NCBI GenBank assembly: GCA_015680685.1
Contig: MNCI01002505.1
Coordinates: forward strand, 171,653-235,652
Length of the DNA: 64,000 nt
DNA from: Gnetum montanum
Lineage: Eukaryota; Plantae; Gnetophyta
Reading direction: 5' to 3'
Position numbers and translations under genes: made by a program. Below, piece by piece: positions 25,401-38,719 of this stretch (position 1 is the first letter of the stretch; each line of letters opens with the position of its first letter). Below the pieces are notes generated by a model. The model did not search any database, was not told where the DNA came from, and worked only from the letters and a program-made list of their open reading frames with translations.

Positions 25401-28204
25401 TTGGGATAATTAAAGGCAAGTTTTCTAAACCAGGGCTTCACACTATAGGTACTTCATTAATGGTTATTATATCTATATATGTATATATGTTGATTAATTT
25501 GTTAGATATTTTAACCACTCGATGCTTAAGTTATAAACGAGTGGTAGTAATAAAATAATTTTACATACATCTTGGTGAAAGTGGCAGAGTTAATGGGTTA
25601 AAATAATTCTTCTTCGTCTTCCCTAGTAAATCGCGTAGATAATCAGCAACAGTTCCAAAATAGCAGGCATAATCTGCTGGTTCGTTTTCTCCTTTCTCTG
25701 CACAAAACCTATAAGAACCGACACATGTTCTAACCAAGATCCAAAGTGCTGTATCAACCAAAACCGTATGTTTGAACTGCCACCGCACAATAAGGCCCTG
25801 CAAAATCGTAACCAACTACCACTGTGGGAGAAGGCTCTGCCACTGCATCTGGGATTTTTGTTTTGCCCTCAAATTGGCTTAGGGCTTCCTGTGTTTTTTA
25901 AATTTTTTCTTGAATTGTCACCACCATTGTCATTGATCACAGAACTAGGGGCAAATGTATTATGGATCTGCATTCGGCGAAACCGCAGGAACCTTCAGAA
26001 CCGTTGCAGTGCGCACAACTGAAACCACTACAGCTTGCAAAGCTTAAAATAAAATCGAGGTTTCAACAAAACGTGAATCCTTTCTCCATATATTGTGTGG
26101 AAGAGGGTTTCAATTTTTTTAAAAAAATATCCCTGCATTTATGGCAAAGATATTTCATGCCCCAGGGACTTGGTTATGCCCATCTTGATGGCAGTTTTCG
26201 TGGTGCCCATCTGCGCCAGGATGAATGTCACGCGGTGAGCAGTTTTGAACATTTACTGCAGCATGATTTTCTAGGAACACCGTGATTTTCCTTCGCCTTC
26301 CCCTACAACTGCACCTCCACTGATATTATCTTTATTTCTATGGTGTTTGCTTTCCCGCCATTGCTGCGATCAGCAGGTATACGGTGTTAGGACGTTGGTC
26401 CAACTATAGTCTCCTTTTCCTCCACTCTCATCGCTGTATAATCTTCATGAAGATGGAGGCGCTGTTGATTTTTGTTTTATTTTATGATTTTGCAAGGAGT
26501 TTCAAATGTTATCTTAAGGCCAAAGGGTACAACCGAGTTTAATAACCGGGATCTTCAACTTAGTGCTTTTCATGTAAATAATATAATTCCTTCCTTGCTA
26601 TAGTACTATCTTCCAATATTTAATAAAGGAATAATTTGGCACTTTCATTTTGTATCCAGAAGGCTTCAACATCAAATTATTTACCAGTGGATTAATCCTC
26701 CAAAAACACCCATCAACCCTCAACACTAAAGCTATAATTTACTTCTAAATTTATAACCATAGATTCTTCCAATTTTTAATAAAATATTCCAACTGTTCCA
26801 TGAAATGGCCAAATGTGCCAACACTTTGGTCCTAGTAAGATCTACTGGGGGCACAAAAGGCACACTAAATGATTCTTTGATGTGATTTGTAATCACTTCT
26901 ACTACACCTGTTGCATCCTGATGCTACATTACCATAACTGTGGCACCTTCTCTAGTTTTAAGCATCACTTGAAAGGATGTGGCATTTCCAAAGATTTTCC
27001 TAGACCATTAGGATTCTCTTCCTACTTGTAATGAGATCTCTCCCCTTGTTGGATCAACCAAAATAGTAGGCTATCTAGCATAATTGGTTACTCTAAAAAG
27101 ATTGGACTCATCTCTAGTTCCCCAAGTGACAGCTTCTACAATTTTTTGTAAATGACTCATTGAGGGCCTATAATCTTGTGGTAGTCGTAGTGGTGAGGCT
27201 TGTGTTTTTGGGTGTTATTTAGGCTCATGTTGTACTTATACTTCTAGCTTTGCTTCTTTCTTTGGTTCTTGCTCTTCACCAAGATCTTTCCTTGGTGTTG
27301 CAAGTTTGAGGAGTTTGATGAAGGAGGTGTTCTAAGCCTTTCTAGGGATATCATTCATATATCCAAGGATTTTAGTGCATTTTCATAGCTTTCTAATTAG
27401 GTAAGGGAATGGGAATGTTAGTTTCCCTACCTTTTTCTCCTCGAACCTCCTTTGAATTTTAGTGAAGTAAAATTAGGGAAGGTTGGCCACATATATGTCC
27501 ATTAAGATAGCACTTCCCTTGGTTGCATATGTTGAGATTCAGTTGAGCCCTTTAGTGGGAAACATATGGTATATACCAATATTGAAATATTTCCTCTTCT
27601 CCAAAGTCAGTTCATTATATGTTTTGTCTTCTTTATTGTATGCTAGTTTTAGCCACAGGTTTTTGGTGTCAGGGGTGGATATGGTGGATAGATGGGCTAC
27701 CTTAGCCCCTTCATTTGATAGATTAAGGGCTACTACAATTTCCTTGATTGATAAAGAAACATTAACTCCATAGATTTTTATAGTGGTGCCTTCGTCTTTG
27801 TTATGCCAGAATTGGTGAGTCTCGCCAAGGTACCATTCACCACTATTTGAAAGAATAGACCACAAGGGTGACACATGAAGTTGTGTCCAAATTTCTTTTG
27901 GAGAAAACTCCATAAATGGATCAAAATTCATCTCCACAATGACCATGGTCAATGTGGACTTTTTGTGGATGACCTCAAGACATTTAGGAGGCAACATGAG
28001 ATGTTGTCCTTGCATGGGGGCTAGTAGTTCTGCAACCTCTCCTTGGATTGACTGTCTTGTGATAGGAGCCTCTTGATGAATGGTAAATGATTGGGATTCC
28101 TATTCCTCATGCTCCACACATTTTCCTTGCTGAACATGGCCACCTCATGGATGCTTAGCTGCTCTCTGCAAAGGATCTTGTTGTGCACCTTGTTTTGGGA
28201 CCAT
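22402..28204 (-). pseudogene. Decayed accessory ORF of copy 2, split by the solo LTR
   Basis: Starts MVPKQG after TTTGCTTGATTGTAG; ORFs 27539-28015 and 22786-22968 match copy 1 (YFNIGIYHMFPTKGL vs YFKIGTYHLFPKKGL; EYMALANLRYVKLAM vs EYMELENLRYANLAM). Confidence 0.8.
23765..26823 (-). mobile_element. 3059-bp solo LTR
   Basis: TGTTGGC...GCCAACA termini; perfect TSD CTTTG at 23760-23764 and 26824-26828; the host ORF resumes on both sides; CCTATAAAAAGG on the minus strand near 25095; no credible coding. Confidence 0.88.
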
Positions 28205-28699
28205 CTACAATCAAGCAAAGATTAGGTGTTACTAAGGTGTCAATGGTTACCATTAATAGATGTATACTATACTCCTAACCTTAATTCAATAAGTTCTTAG
28301 TTTATATGATTGCAGAGTTAGAAAATTTTTTAGGAAAAATCCCCAAAAAATGTTTATCTCCTCATATAACCTTACATAGTTGATTTCTATTTTCTTATGT
28401 GTGGCTTGTTATGATGGTTGTGGTTTTTTGGGTGGAGAAATTAAGGTTTTTGACATTAATACAATTGATTATTCGTGATAATGCTTAAATTTTTTAACAC
28501 CCTTACCCCTATAATACCCTCTGGGTGATAGCAAATTATCAAAAATTGGAATGAGTTTTCCATGCAAACACCTCCCATGACTAACTTGAACACTCCAGGT
28601 ACATATAGGTTCAAATGGCATGGAAATTGGAGTGATAGAGAGCCAAATATCGTAAGTGGAAAGGGGGTGTGTAGAGATCTAAGTCAAGAGAGAAAATTT

Positions 28700-29800
28700 G
28701 AACAGCTCCCTAGTTGCAAATGATGAGAATGAAGTTTGGGCACTATGAGGATCATATATAGTTTTGACATCATAAAAGGAAAGTTAGTGAGAGCATGGTT
28801 GATCACATTGAAGGCCTCTTGACACTTCAAGTCCTAGTTGAAAGTGGTTAATTTATTGAGAAGATGAGAAATAGAATAAAATTAATTAATGAAATTGCAT
28901 ATAAAATAATGAATTGATTGAACCCTATCCTATAAGATGTACATGTCTTTTAGGAACTTGGATGATGGAAGGTTCATAATTATCTTAAATTTATCAAGGT
29001 GTCCTATGATACCATTAGTTGAAACTAGAAATTCTAGCATTTTATCTATTTCTGCACCAAAGACACACTTTTTGAGATTAAGTCAAAGGTTGTACTTGTT
29101 GCATTAGATCAAGACTATGTTTAAGTTAGTGGGATGATTAATTTTTATAATGGACTTAATAGTTAGATCATCCACCTAATCATTAATAATTTTGAATATC
29201 ATTTTACTGAATATGAAAGAAATGGCTTGTTAATATATGTGTTGGCATTCTCAAGTCTGAAAGGTATCTTTGTATAGCAAAAGGATCTCCATGGGATCAT
29301 GAAATTTGCAAAATATTAATGTTTGGGGTTAATTTAAATTTGATTGTAACTTAAAAAGTCATATATAAAACTAAGTAAAACCATTATGTTGATGAATTGA
29401 TCAATGTTAGACAAAGGAAAGTTATCTTTTAGTATCACTTTGTTGAGATCATGAAAATAGATACATATCCTAATGGTTTTATTTTCTTAGGTATAATGAT
29501 CATGTTGGATACCTAATTTGAGTCGTCTATGGAATGTATAAAACCTACATTGTAAAGATTTGTAATTTCATCTTTGATGGCTAAGGCTAAGTCAAGTTTG
29601 ATTTTTTGGGCTTTTTCTTTAACATGTTTAGAACCTTCCTTAAGAATGATGTGTTAAACTAATGTTGGATCTAAACTTGACATATCATCATAGTCCCAAC
29701 CTAAAGCTATAGAAATGTTTCTAAGTATTTATAGAATAAGTTTTTCTAAGTGTTTGTAAAATGAATTTCTTAATGATTTTAGGCAAGTGTACCCCTAGTT
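28700..29800 (-). pseudogene. Heavily decayed Tat-clade reverse transcriptase (not visible in the ORF track)
   Basis: Manual translation: W.YDDMSSLDP.LV*H; VSNMIIIPKK..IRICIYFHDLNKVILKDNFPLSNID; PW..FCY..PF.L.NA; *VDDL.IKS; KMLEFLVS.NGI. Boundaries approximate. Confidence 0.75.
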
Positions 29801-31017
29801 AAAGGGTCTTTTCTTCATTTCAGTGATTGGTAATGGCAAGTTCTATGAGGAGGTATTTGGTTAGGATAGGCTGATAGTCCAGGAAGAAAAGATTAGCTTG
29901 AAGGATTAAGTCTTCCTTAATGATGTTGAGTTTTGAGATGATAAGATATAAAGGGTTTAAGAGGTTCAAGAAAGATAAATTGATAAAGTTCTTATTAAGA
30001 GGCTTGTTGACTTGGGTGTGGGGCTCATCCAAGATGAGGAGTTTAAGTTGAGAAGGATGATGGAATCCATGGACTATGAGAAAGAGAAAAATGAATAGTT
30101 ACATGGGGAAGAGCATGAAGAAAACCTAGAGTTAGAAAAATTTATAGGTGAATTCAAAATTTAAAGCTTGGGAGAGTTAGAAAAAATTTCTAAGTCATGC
30201 AAAGAAAAAAGTTAGAAAATTTTTATATTTTTTTTCTTATTTTTAAGTTAGTTTATGTGTAGTTTTACTATAAAAAATGTGCAAGGGTCATGTGGGTGAG
30301 GTTGATTAGGAACTAAGATATTATGGGATGTTGTTGGGTAGCCTTAGGGTTGTAAAAGAGAGATCTAAGGTCAATGTAGAAAGGTTCTAAGTTTGATTTT
30401 TGACAAAAGCTGTACCTGATAGTTTATAATGATAGCATTGATGCAGTTTTAAAAAAAGATTTAAGGTTTAAGATTTAATGAGATAAAAAGGTTTAGGCCA
30501 ATAATCTGAAATCATGAACTAGGAGAAAAAGCAATTGGGCAAGAATAAATCAAAATTTGAATGGATAATGAGCATATTAACCAAATGAAAGATCAAAATA
30601 TGAGATATACTTCATTTTGTTTGGAAAGTGAGGAAAGCTAATTCCACCCTAATATGAAGCATCAAAATTGACTGTGTCATACTCTAAATTAGCTTGAGGA
30701 GATCTTAGGTTTGAATCTCAATTCAAAATAAAAAATTTTATGTGGTTGATGTACGGATGAAGGTTTATTAGATGCTTCAGAATTCTTTGGGTGCTAAAAA
30801 TGATGTCATACATTAGGATCAAATTTTCCCAATTAACAAATTGAAGAAAAAGGCATTTATCCTAGTTTATATTTTTGAGTTAGGTAATAAGAATAAGGTT
30901 CATTGGAGTATGGGAATTGTTAATTCAAGATATAAGATAGTCATATAGATATATGATTGGTTAGAGAATCAAAATGGAAAAAGCAAGCTTTGGCCAAGAG
31001 TTTGAATTATAAATATT

Positions 31018-31860
31018 GAAATGGAGAAATTATGTTTTACCCTTTTCATAACTTATCTAGAATCCATTTCCCCCATTTTGGCCTTTGAAATGTCAAACTG
31101 GAAAAAAGCACACTTTTCCCATCTCGTAATTTGGCTAGAACCCATTTTCCCCATTTCATCCATCCTAGAAATCAAACTGGAGAAATCATTCTTTGCCCAT
31201 TTCATAACCTAGCTAGAACCTGTGTTCTCCATTTTAGATTTTGAAAAGTCAAACTAGAGAAAAGTACATCTAGTCCATCTCGTAACTTGGTCAAAACCAT
31301 TTTTTTCCATTTTATCCATCTTAGAAATTGAACTAGAGAAATTGTCTTTTGTCCATTTCATAACCTGGCCAGAACTTCTTTTTCCATTTCAACCTTTGAA
31401 AAGTCAAATTGAAGTAAAGTGCACTTGGCCCATCTCATAACTTGGCTAGAATTCATTTTTTCCATTTTGTCCATCCTAAAACCTGAACTAGAGATATTGT
31501 CTTTTCTCCATTTCATAACTTGGATACCACCCATTTTTTCCATTTCATCTTTTAAAAGGTCAAACTAGAGAAAAATGCATTATCCCATCCTGTAACTTGG
31601 CTAGAACCCATTTTCCCCATTTCATCCATCCTAGAATCCAAACTAGAGAAATCATTTTTTTGCCTATTTCATAACCTAGCCAGAACCCATTTTTTCCATC
31701 TTGACCTATGAAAAGTCAAATTGGAGAAAAGTGCACCTAGCCAATTTTATAACTTGGCCAAGAATGATTTTCCCCATTTGGGCCATTCAAAAACCTAAAC
31801 TAGAGAAAATTGCATTTAGCCAATTTTGTAACCTAGTTAAAACTCATTTTCTTGATTTTG
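31018..31860. repeat. Tandem array, ~78-bp monomer x ~11, with A/B alternation (~156-bp dimer)
   Basis: AAACTRGAGAAA anchors near 31096, 31174, 31251, 31330, 31406, 31485, 31562, 31640, 31718 and 31797. Confidence 0.9.
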
Positions 31861-32585
31861 GCTCTAGTTCAAATGCTAGGCACTACATGTTGTGAAAACA
31901 CATGACCTTATGACTTGGATATTGAGATTGGTAAAATGACCAATCTACTTCCAAAGAAATTTGTCAAAAAGTATTGAAATGGAGAAAACATGTCTTTCCA
32001 AAATTCATTAAAAAAGGCTTGAAATTAAGAAAACACATTCTAGGTCTAAATTAATGCAAAATTTATTCTAATTTGGGTATGAAACAAATTAAAGATTTGG
32101 ATTGAGATAAGAAGAATGCTCATTATTTCACTTTAAAAAGAGGTCTAACTAATTTTCTACAGTAAGTGATCCTTTAATAAAAATTTGTTAGATCTTCAAA
32201 GTTAAACAACCTAATAAAAAAAAGGCTAAGGATTAAAGTACGCTGATAGAGGGATTTAAATAAACAAATTTAAAGGTCATTTGAAAGAGATTGTGTCTTA
32301 GATCATCCTTAAGGACTTACAAGTTTCAACATCAATCATCATTACACATACAACTTTGAAAAAGCTTTAAGCAAATTTCACAAGAATTGCACAATGCAAT
32401 GGGAATAGAAAAAAACACTTGGAATTTTCATAATAATCCAAGCAATCAAAAGCCTAGATATTCATCATCTTGAAGAAGTGCATTAGAACAAAGGAAGAGA
32501 CCAATTTTTTATTTTACGATGTGTTGGTTCAAGCACTCACTAAGTATCTACACCATTTTGATTTTTCTATCTTTCAATTGCAGAG

Positions 32586-35280
32586 ATGAGCACGATTGAT
32601 TGAAGATTTAAAGATTTAAGATCCAGAAGAAGTGGACCCAGAGCCACTCTTTTATCACAACAAAGATCATGATTATGCCAATAAACTCCATGTAAAGGCT
32701 TCTAATGAGAAATAATAATGGAGGAGATTTTATTAGTAGATGAGCTTACAAAAAACTAGCTTCAGACCTAGGGCCAATTTAATTAGAGATGTAATTAATT
32801 GGATTTTCTTTGAAATAGAGTTTAGTAGGAATTGTTTAAAATTCAAGTAGAGGCTAGAATAAGTAATTGAAATTAGTTGTAGAAGAAGCTACGAGTTGTA
32901 TGGTGTTCCTCTCTTGAGTCGTTTTGAATAGGACACCCATAATGAGAATGGCATGGCAATCATAGGGAACATGACATTAGCAAATGTGTAGGATCTACAC
33001 ATGGTTGGGCTCAATATTTCAACATTCTTCAAATACAAGAAATTTTTTTTTAGTTTCAGCAAGATTAGGTTCCACCATTACATTTTCATTGTTGCTTTAA
33101 ATATCTATTCTAGCTCTAATATTACTTGTATTGCAGCCCATCATATAAAAGTTTTGGCCATTTTCAAAAATAACAAGCCTTTCCACCTAGTCTATTTTAT
33201 GAATACTCAATTGCAGGATAGTACAATAGATACCATGGCCAATAACACCTAATTTAACATGAATTCCTTCTTGTTAGACCATGTTTTGGCTATAGTGCCA
33301 AGTCTTGAGAGACTCTGGCTAATTTTTCCCAAATATATTGTAGAAAGAAAAGTGAAAAAGAGATGGTCTTGTTATGATTTTTATCCTGTTATTTACCCTA
33401 AAGACTATATGAATGCCTAGACCCTTGAATTTCTTATGAATATTATTTATCCATACTTGTATCAATTCCTTACTAATAGAACTGTGCTAATAATGGAACA
33501 AGTTGTTGTAGATGAAATTAGGGCCAAGTGTAAAGGACAAGTCTTCTTCCATGCCCATTATATAGACATAATTATAGGGGGATTTGAAGAAAGGCCAAGG
33601 AAGCTGCCACAATTTATGGCCCCTTATTTAGTATGTCTAGAGGTAGGAAGACAAATGCAGAATAGCCCATTGAGATATGAATATATGGTAGGGTAGGTCT
33701 TTTCTTTGTAGATTGATTTCTAGTACTTTGAGAATGTCCCTCACATGATGAATATAGGGGTCAAATTTGAGAAAGCAGTCTTTCTTGAAGCAAAACAAAA
33801 GTTCTATAATCCTAACAAGGATTTTAGGAAGGCTCATGAGCACTAGAAAAAATGATGTTGTATATTCTCTAATGAATGATGTATTGGTAAATTTAGCCAA
33901 GTAGCAAGTAGAGGGTGATTTTAGAAGAACCTTCTCCATAACTCCACCTAAAGAATAGTACAAAGAACTAGAGTTATTGGCAAATAGGTGGTTTGGAGAG
34001 GTTAATCATATATTAGCCAATGGTTTAGTCAAGGTCAATTAGATAAAATAAAAGAGAACTATTTCTCATGGTAGATTGACAAATGAGATGAAGTCTTGGA
34101 TCTAGATGCTTTTACTTGGTTCATAGAAATAAAAGAGTAAAGAAAGAGATAACTAGAAATTATTTCTAGTAACAAGATGCTACTATTAGAAAAGAAAAAT
34201 CCATCCTTAGAAATTATGACAATTGGTACTAGCTCCTTGTCATCAAAGGCTTTAAGTCTTTTAGATTTTCCTTTAGGGTATATTATCAAGGGAGGGCCAA
34301 AATCTATAAAAGTCAAAACTACTAAAAGAAAGCTCATAGTTGTAGCATCTAGAGAGGCTAGATGTCCAAGAATTAGTTATCTTTCAATATAAGAATGTGG
34401 ATCCAAAAATAAGAAGAACAAAGATAGCCATTTCTCATCAAGAATTGGTAGAGAATTTATTAGTAGTTATTGTTGATTATTCAAAGACTACCAATGAAAC
34501 TATTAAGAAACAACAAGAGATTGAAAGGCTGAAGAATATGCATCATTTGCTATAGTTAGATTTTGGGATATTAAAGAATAAGTATAAAGATCAAATAAAA
34601 ATATCTCAAATAAAAGAGGCTAGTATAGAAGCTCTAAAAATGGAACTATAGAGTTACAAAGAGAATTTGCTAGAAAAAATAACAAATTTTCAATAGAAGG
34701 AATAAAACAAGAGATTGGCTTTAGATTTATTATAGATGAATTAATGGCACAAGAAAGCAAGTAGAGGTAGTACTAGTTGGCATTAATAAACTAAAAGGTA
34801 GAAGAAATGTTTTTGAACAAGTTGTTATAGGTACTAATGATTTCATGAGCTAAGCCAATGTAAAAAGAGAGCAACTGCCTGAAGAGGAAATTGAATTTCT
34901 AGGTGATGTAATAAATGGTGGCATATACCAAGTTGAATGAATTTGAAAGGTTGGAATAGACCTTATTATCACTTTAGAAATATGCATGAATGTGCAAAAG
35001 AAAAAAAAATAATTAAGGCCACCAATGCCATAACAATAAATGATGGTAGGCTAATAAAAGAGAAAATATTGGAGTCCTTATCTAATAATGACACCAAAGA
35101 AGTGGTTGAGGCATTATCACTAGTGTACAAGCAAAGTTACTTCAAGAGCCTTGTCCAATGAGAAGGGTAGCATGTCATCAAATTTATAGTAGAAACTCCA
35201 AAAATTTCAAAAATTTAGAAGGATTTGGCCCTCTTAAATTTCACTAAAAATGTTGTTGAAAAAGTAATGGCCGATAGTTC
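32586..35280 (+). pseudogene. Decayed retrotransposon accessory ORF (unknown domain plus C-terminal coiled coil)
   Basis: Fragments 33001-33252, 33436-33696 (IIIGGFEERPRKLPQFMAPYLVCLEVGRQ) and 34937-35161; E/K-rich stretch at 34400-35100; preceded by acceptor-like TTTCTATCTTTCAATTGCAG; ends approximate. Confidence 0.55.
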
Positions 35281-38200
35281 ATCTTAATAATTATTTTGTA
35301 ACTTCTTTGCAGTTATGACTAGAATAGTTATAGCTAATTCCTTCATGTTTTGGCTAGAAAAGGCATGGTTCTTTTTGTAAAAAGGGGAAAGAGGGAATAA
35401 GAAAGGGACTAAGAGTGTATTTTGTACAATGAAATTTTGAAGTAAAGATTTGATTCATCTTTTGTCTCTAATCTAGGAGTTCCTTTTTATCATTGTGGCT
35501 TAGCTAGCAATTAAATCATAGTATATCTTACAATAATTTCTTGGAATTTTTTTAATTTCTTATAGTAGTCAAGGGTTTATTAATTCTTGTTGTCATTGAT
35601 TAACCAAAATAGCTTCATTATTTCGAGTGTTTTCTCATATTGATGATGGCTGATTTTAATGTTTAAGATTTTATGTAATTCTACAAGCCTATGTACAAAT
35701 CCATTGAATCTTGCTGTATTTATAGTTTTCTTATGGAATTTTTATTTGGGAATGATTGATAGTAGATTTGTAGGATTGCACTTAAACATTAAATGAAAGA
35801 ATGATTGGTAAAGCTAGCTAATGATTAATACCATCTATACTAGCTTACTTTGATGAAATTGGAAATGTCTTTTGGCTCATAGAATAGAGTTTTAGAGGGC
35901 TAATTCTCTCTATGTAAAATTATTGTTTGTTATTAAAACCTCAATATAAGATAAAATTTGTGGTATGCATAAATTTAAAAGCACTTGCTCATACAATTGC
36001 TAAGTCTTATTTGGAGGTATATGAGCCTTAGTGTTGCTAGAAATAAGCATGCACTAGAATTTAAGTTTGAAAGAATCCGATGTCTGAGTGATTTTAGCCA
36101 CCAAGCTAGGGATTATAATGTTGGCAATAGGAATGGAGTCCAAAGTGGTTACAAACATATGCATGTAATAATGGATTAGGTGGATCCTACTTGAAGAACA
36201 TATGGTAGTAGGAATAAAAGTGCCAAGAAAGAGTGGCACACGGTATGTTAGTTTGTTATTTTTATCATTTGGCTTTTGTTTTTTGTTTTAGTTTTTATCA
36301 TTGGTTAAGAAGAAATGTAAGGACTAATAGGAAATGTAGGAAGTGTTTATGCACTAGTGGTGTCAATGGTGTTTATGCATGCCATTGTTTTTGATGATGA
36401 AATTGGCCTATGATAGCATTGACATTAATGGGAAATAGAGTAAACATTTCATGGAGGGAAGAAAAGAAGGAGAGAAAGAAAAATAGTGGTAAGGAGTTTT
36501 TAGAAAGAAATGGATAGTATAGGTCTATTCCTAAAAAGGAAAGGTTGGGACTTGTAGAGGATAGTCGTGAGAAAGAAAGATTACCCATAGTGTCCCCATG
36601 AGAAAAAACAACATTATCATGGTTTGAGAGTTTGTTGGTTTTTAGTAGATTTTTTTACTAAGGAAAGGAAGGAAGAGCAAGACATGGACTATAAGGTGAG
36701 GAAGAAAGGAATGCTAAGGGAGAGGAAGGATGGTGAGATGTGTAGATGTGTTTGATGCAGTGGGGATAGAGAAGAGTATGCAAGGAGTAGCCTGGTCTTT
36801 TTCTTTTTGAAAAATTTCATGGAAAATGGGGAAGAGTATGCAGAAAAAGATGCTTAATGATTGGTGTGCACTTTTTCATACACAAGACAAGGTCACTAGT
36901 TTTTTAAAAATAAATTTTATAGAAAGGGGAGGTGGGAGATGACTTGTGTTAGGTAAGGCTAGGACACGATACCATTACATGGTGCATTATGACCGCCAAT
37001 GCTCTAGCATATTGATGGCACTGATATGAGGCATTGTAGGAGCTAGGGTCCTTGAAAGATATATTGATTTTTTATTATGTTAAAGTTTATTTTTTGTTAA
37101 TTTTAAAGCCTAGGGAGAGGTTAGGTATTAAGGCTTAGTTTGGCTTAGGGAGCTAACGAGCATGTCATCATTGCCTCTAGATAGACAAGGCAAGGCGTGG
37201 GTGAAAGGTTAGATGAGAAGGTAGGAATTTATCTAAGTCTTAGATGAAACCAAAAAAAAAAATTATTTTAAGTGTGTTGGATGTAAAAAATGTAGGGCAC
37301 ACAAAACCTAAGTACAATCCAAGGCTAAGATTATTCTTAGTGTCGAGAAAAAGTAGGAAAAAATTGAAAATTTCACTAAGTGTTGAGTGCATGGGGATAA
37401 AACCAAAAAAAAAAATGTTCTTGAAGAACTAAGAGAAGAGAAAAAGTTTTCCTAAGTATTTAAAGGAGAGAAATAAAAAATGTTCTAAGTCTTAAGATAA
37501 AGGAGAAAAAAACTAAAATTTAGCTAAGTTTGGGTACTAGGAAAAATAAATTAAAAATTTTGGTTAAGTGTGGGATTTATAAAGGGAAAACCAAAAACTA
37601 AAATTTGTCTGAAAGTAGGAGGAGCTAAAGCCAAAAATTTTGAAGTCCTAGGGGACTAGGAGAAAGATGAAAATTTTGCTAAGCATTAGATAAAGCCAAA
37701 GTTAATTTAAGTATTAAGAGAAAGGAGGGAAGTTGAAATTGAAATTTAGTTAAGTATGAAGAAGGAAGGAAGTGAGTAAAAATTTTTCTAAGTCTATTAG
37801 AAAAAAGGTAGAAAATTCTAGCTAAGTGTTAGAAACCCAAGAATCTAAAATTTGATTTTAAGTATGGAAACTTGGCAAGTGGAAAATTTGGTTAAGGGAG
37901 AAAGTAAGAAGCCAAAAGATTCACTAAGTATTGGAGACATAATGAGAAAAATCAGATTAAGCATTGGTGAAAAAATATTCAAGGGTAAAGAAGTAATGGT
38001 TTGATGCCTAAGTTTAAGTATTAGGAGAAAATGTGAGTGGGATACTGACTAAATATGGAGAAGAAGATAGAAAAATGTCTAAGTATCATGGCTAAGTATT
38101 ATCTAGGCTAGGTGTAGTGAGGTATAGTGAGGTTTTTTTTATGCTACTTAATATTGCCTAGTTAGATTTTTCAATTTAAATACTATTTTCATCTAAGGTT

Positions 38201-38719
38201 TATGTAGTTATGCTTATCTTATGGATACTAGCTATTGATTTTGCATGTTATTTTGTAGGGTAGGTGGCATTCCTAGACTTCTGGTAATTAATCTAATATA
38301 TTTTAATATCTTTGATGTGACCTCTATGATCACAAAGAGGTCATAGAGGGTGAAGACCATCCCAATTATTGATGATCAGTCCTTGTATCACATGTAGATG
38401 TAGGCTTTCCTAGAAGCCAAGTGCTTTCTTGAATTTCGTATTGAGCATTTTACATGCTTGTATGGACAATGTTACCTTTGCAGACTATCTCACATGCACT
38501 TGAGAGAATCTTTCATGGGATTAGCACTAAGGTCTTGTGATGTGTGATCTAGTATTCAAGTGATCTAGATACAGTCATGGATGAGAAAGAAAGATGCAAT
38601 ATATTTAGCATAAAGAGTTGGACCATTAATGTAGGAATCATCCATTCAATGTTGATATTACATTATTGCTAGATCCTTGCTACATCTAGAGTCTATTCAA
38701 TCCTGCTATCACTTACATT

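Larger units (their letters stand above)
21315..28220 (-). mobile_element. Athila-like element copy 2 (3' LTR plus accessory ORF; 5' part missing), interrupted by a solo LTR
   Basis: Reverse-complement homology to 1-3438; PPT seen as TACCCCCAT at 22212; right boundary approximate. Confidence 0.82.

Noticed and set aside
25561-26285. Cluster of 84-107-aa ORFs as a captured gene
   Set aside because: Overlapping frames, no recognisable motif, and located inside a solo LTR.
38330-38710. Possible gag remnant of element X
   Set aside because: Coding-like composition, but no diagnostic motif in the frames I translated by hand.
30430-38711. Separate inserted element with TGATAGCA...TGCTATCA termini
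   Set aside because: Flanks TATAA and CTTAC do not form a TSD and no internal LTR pair is seen; kept only as an alternative to the element X model.
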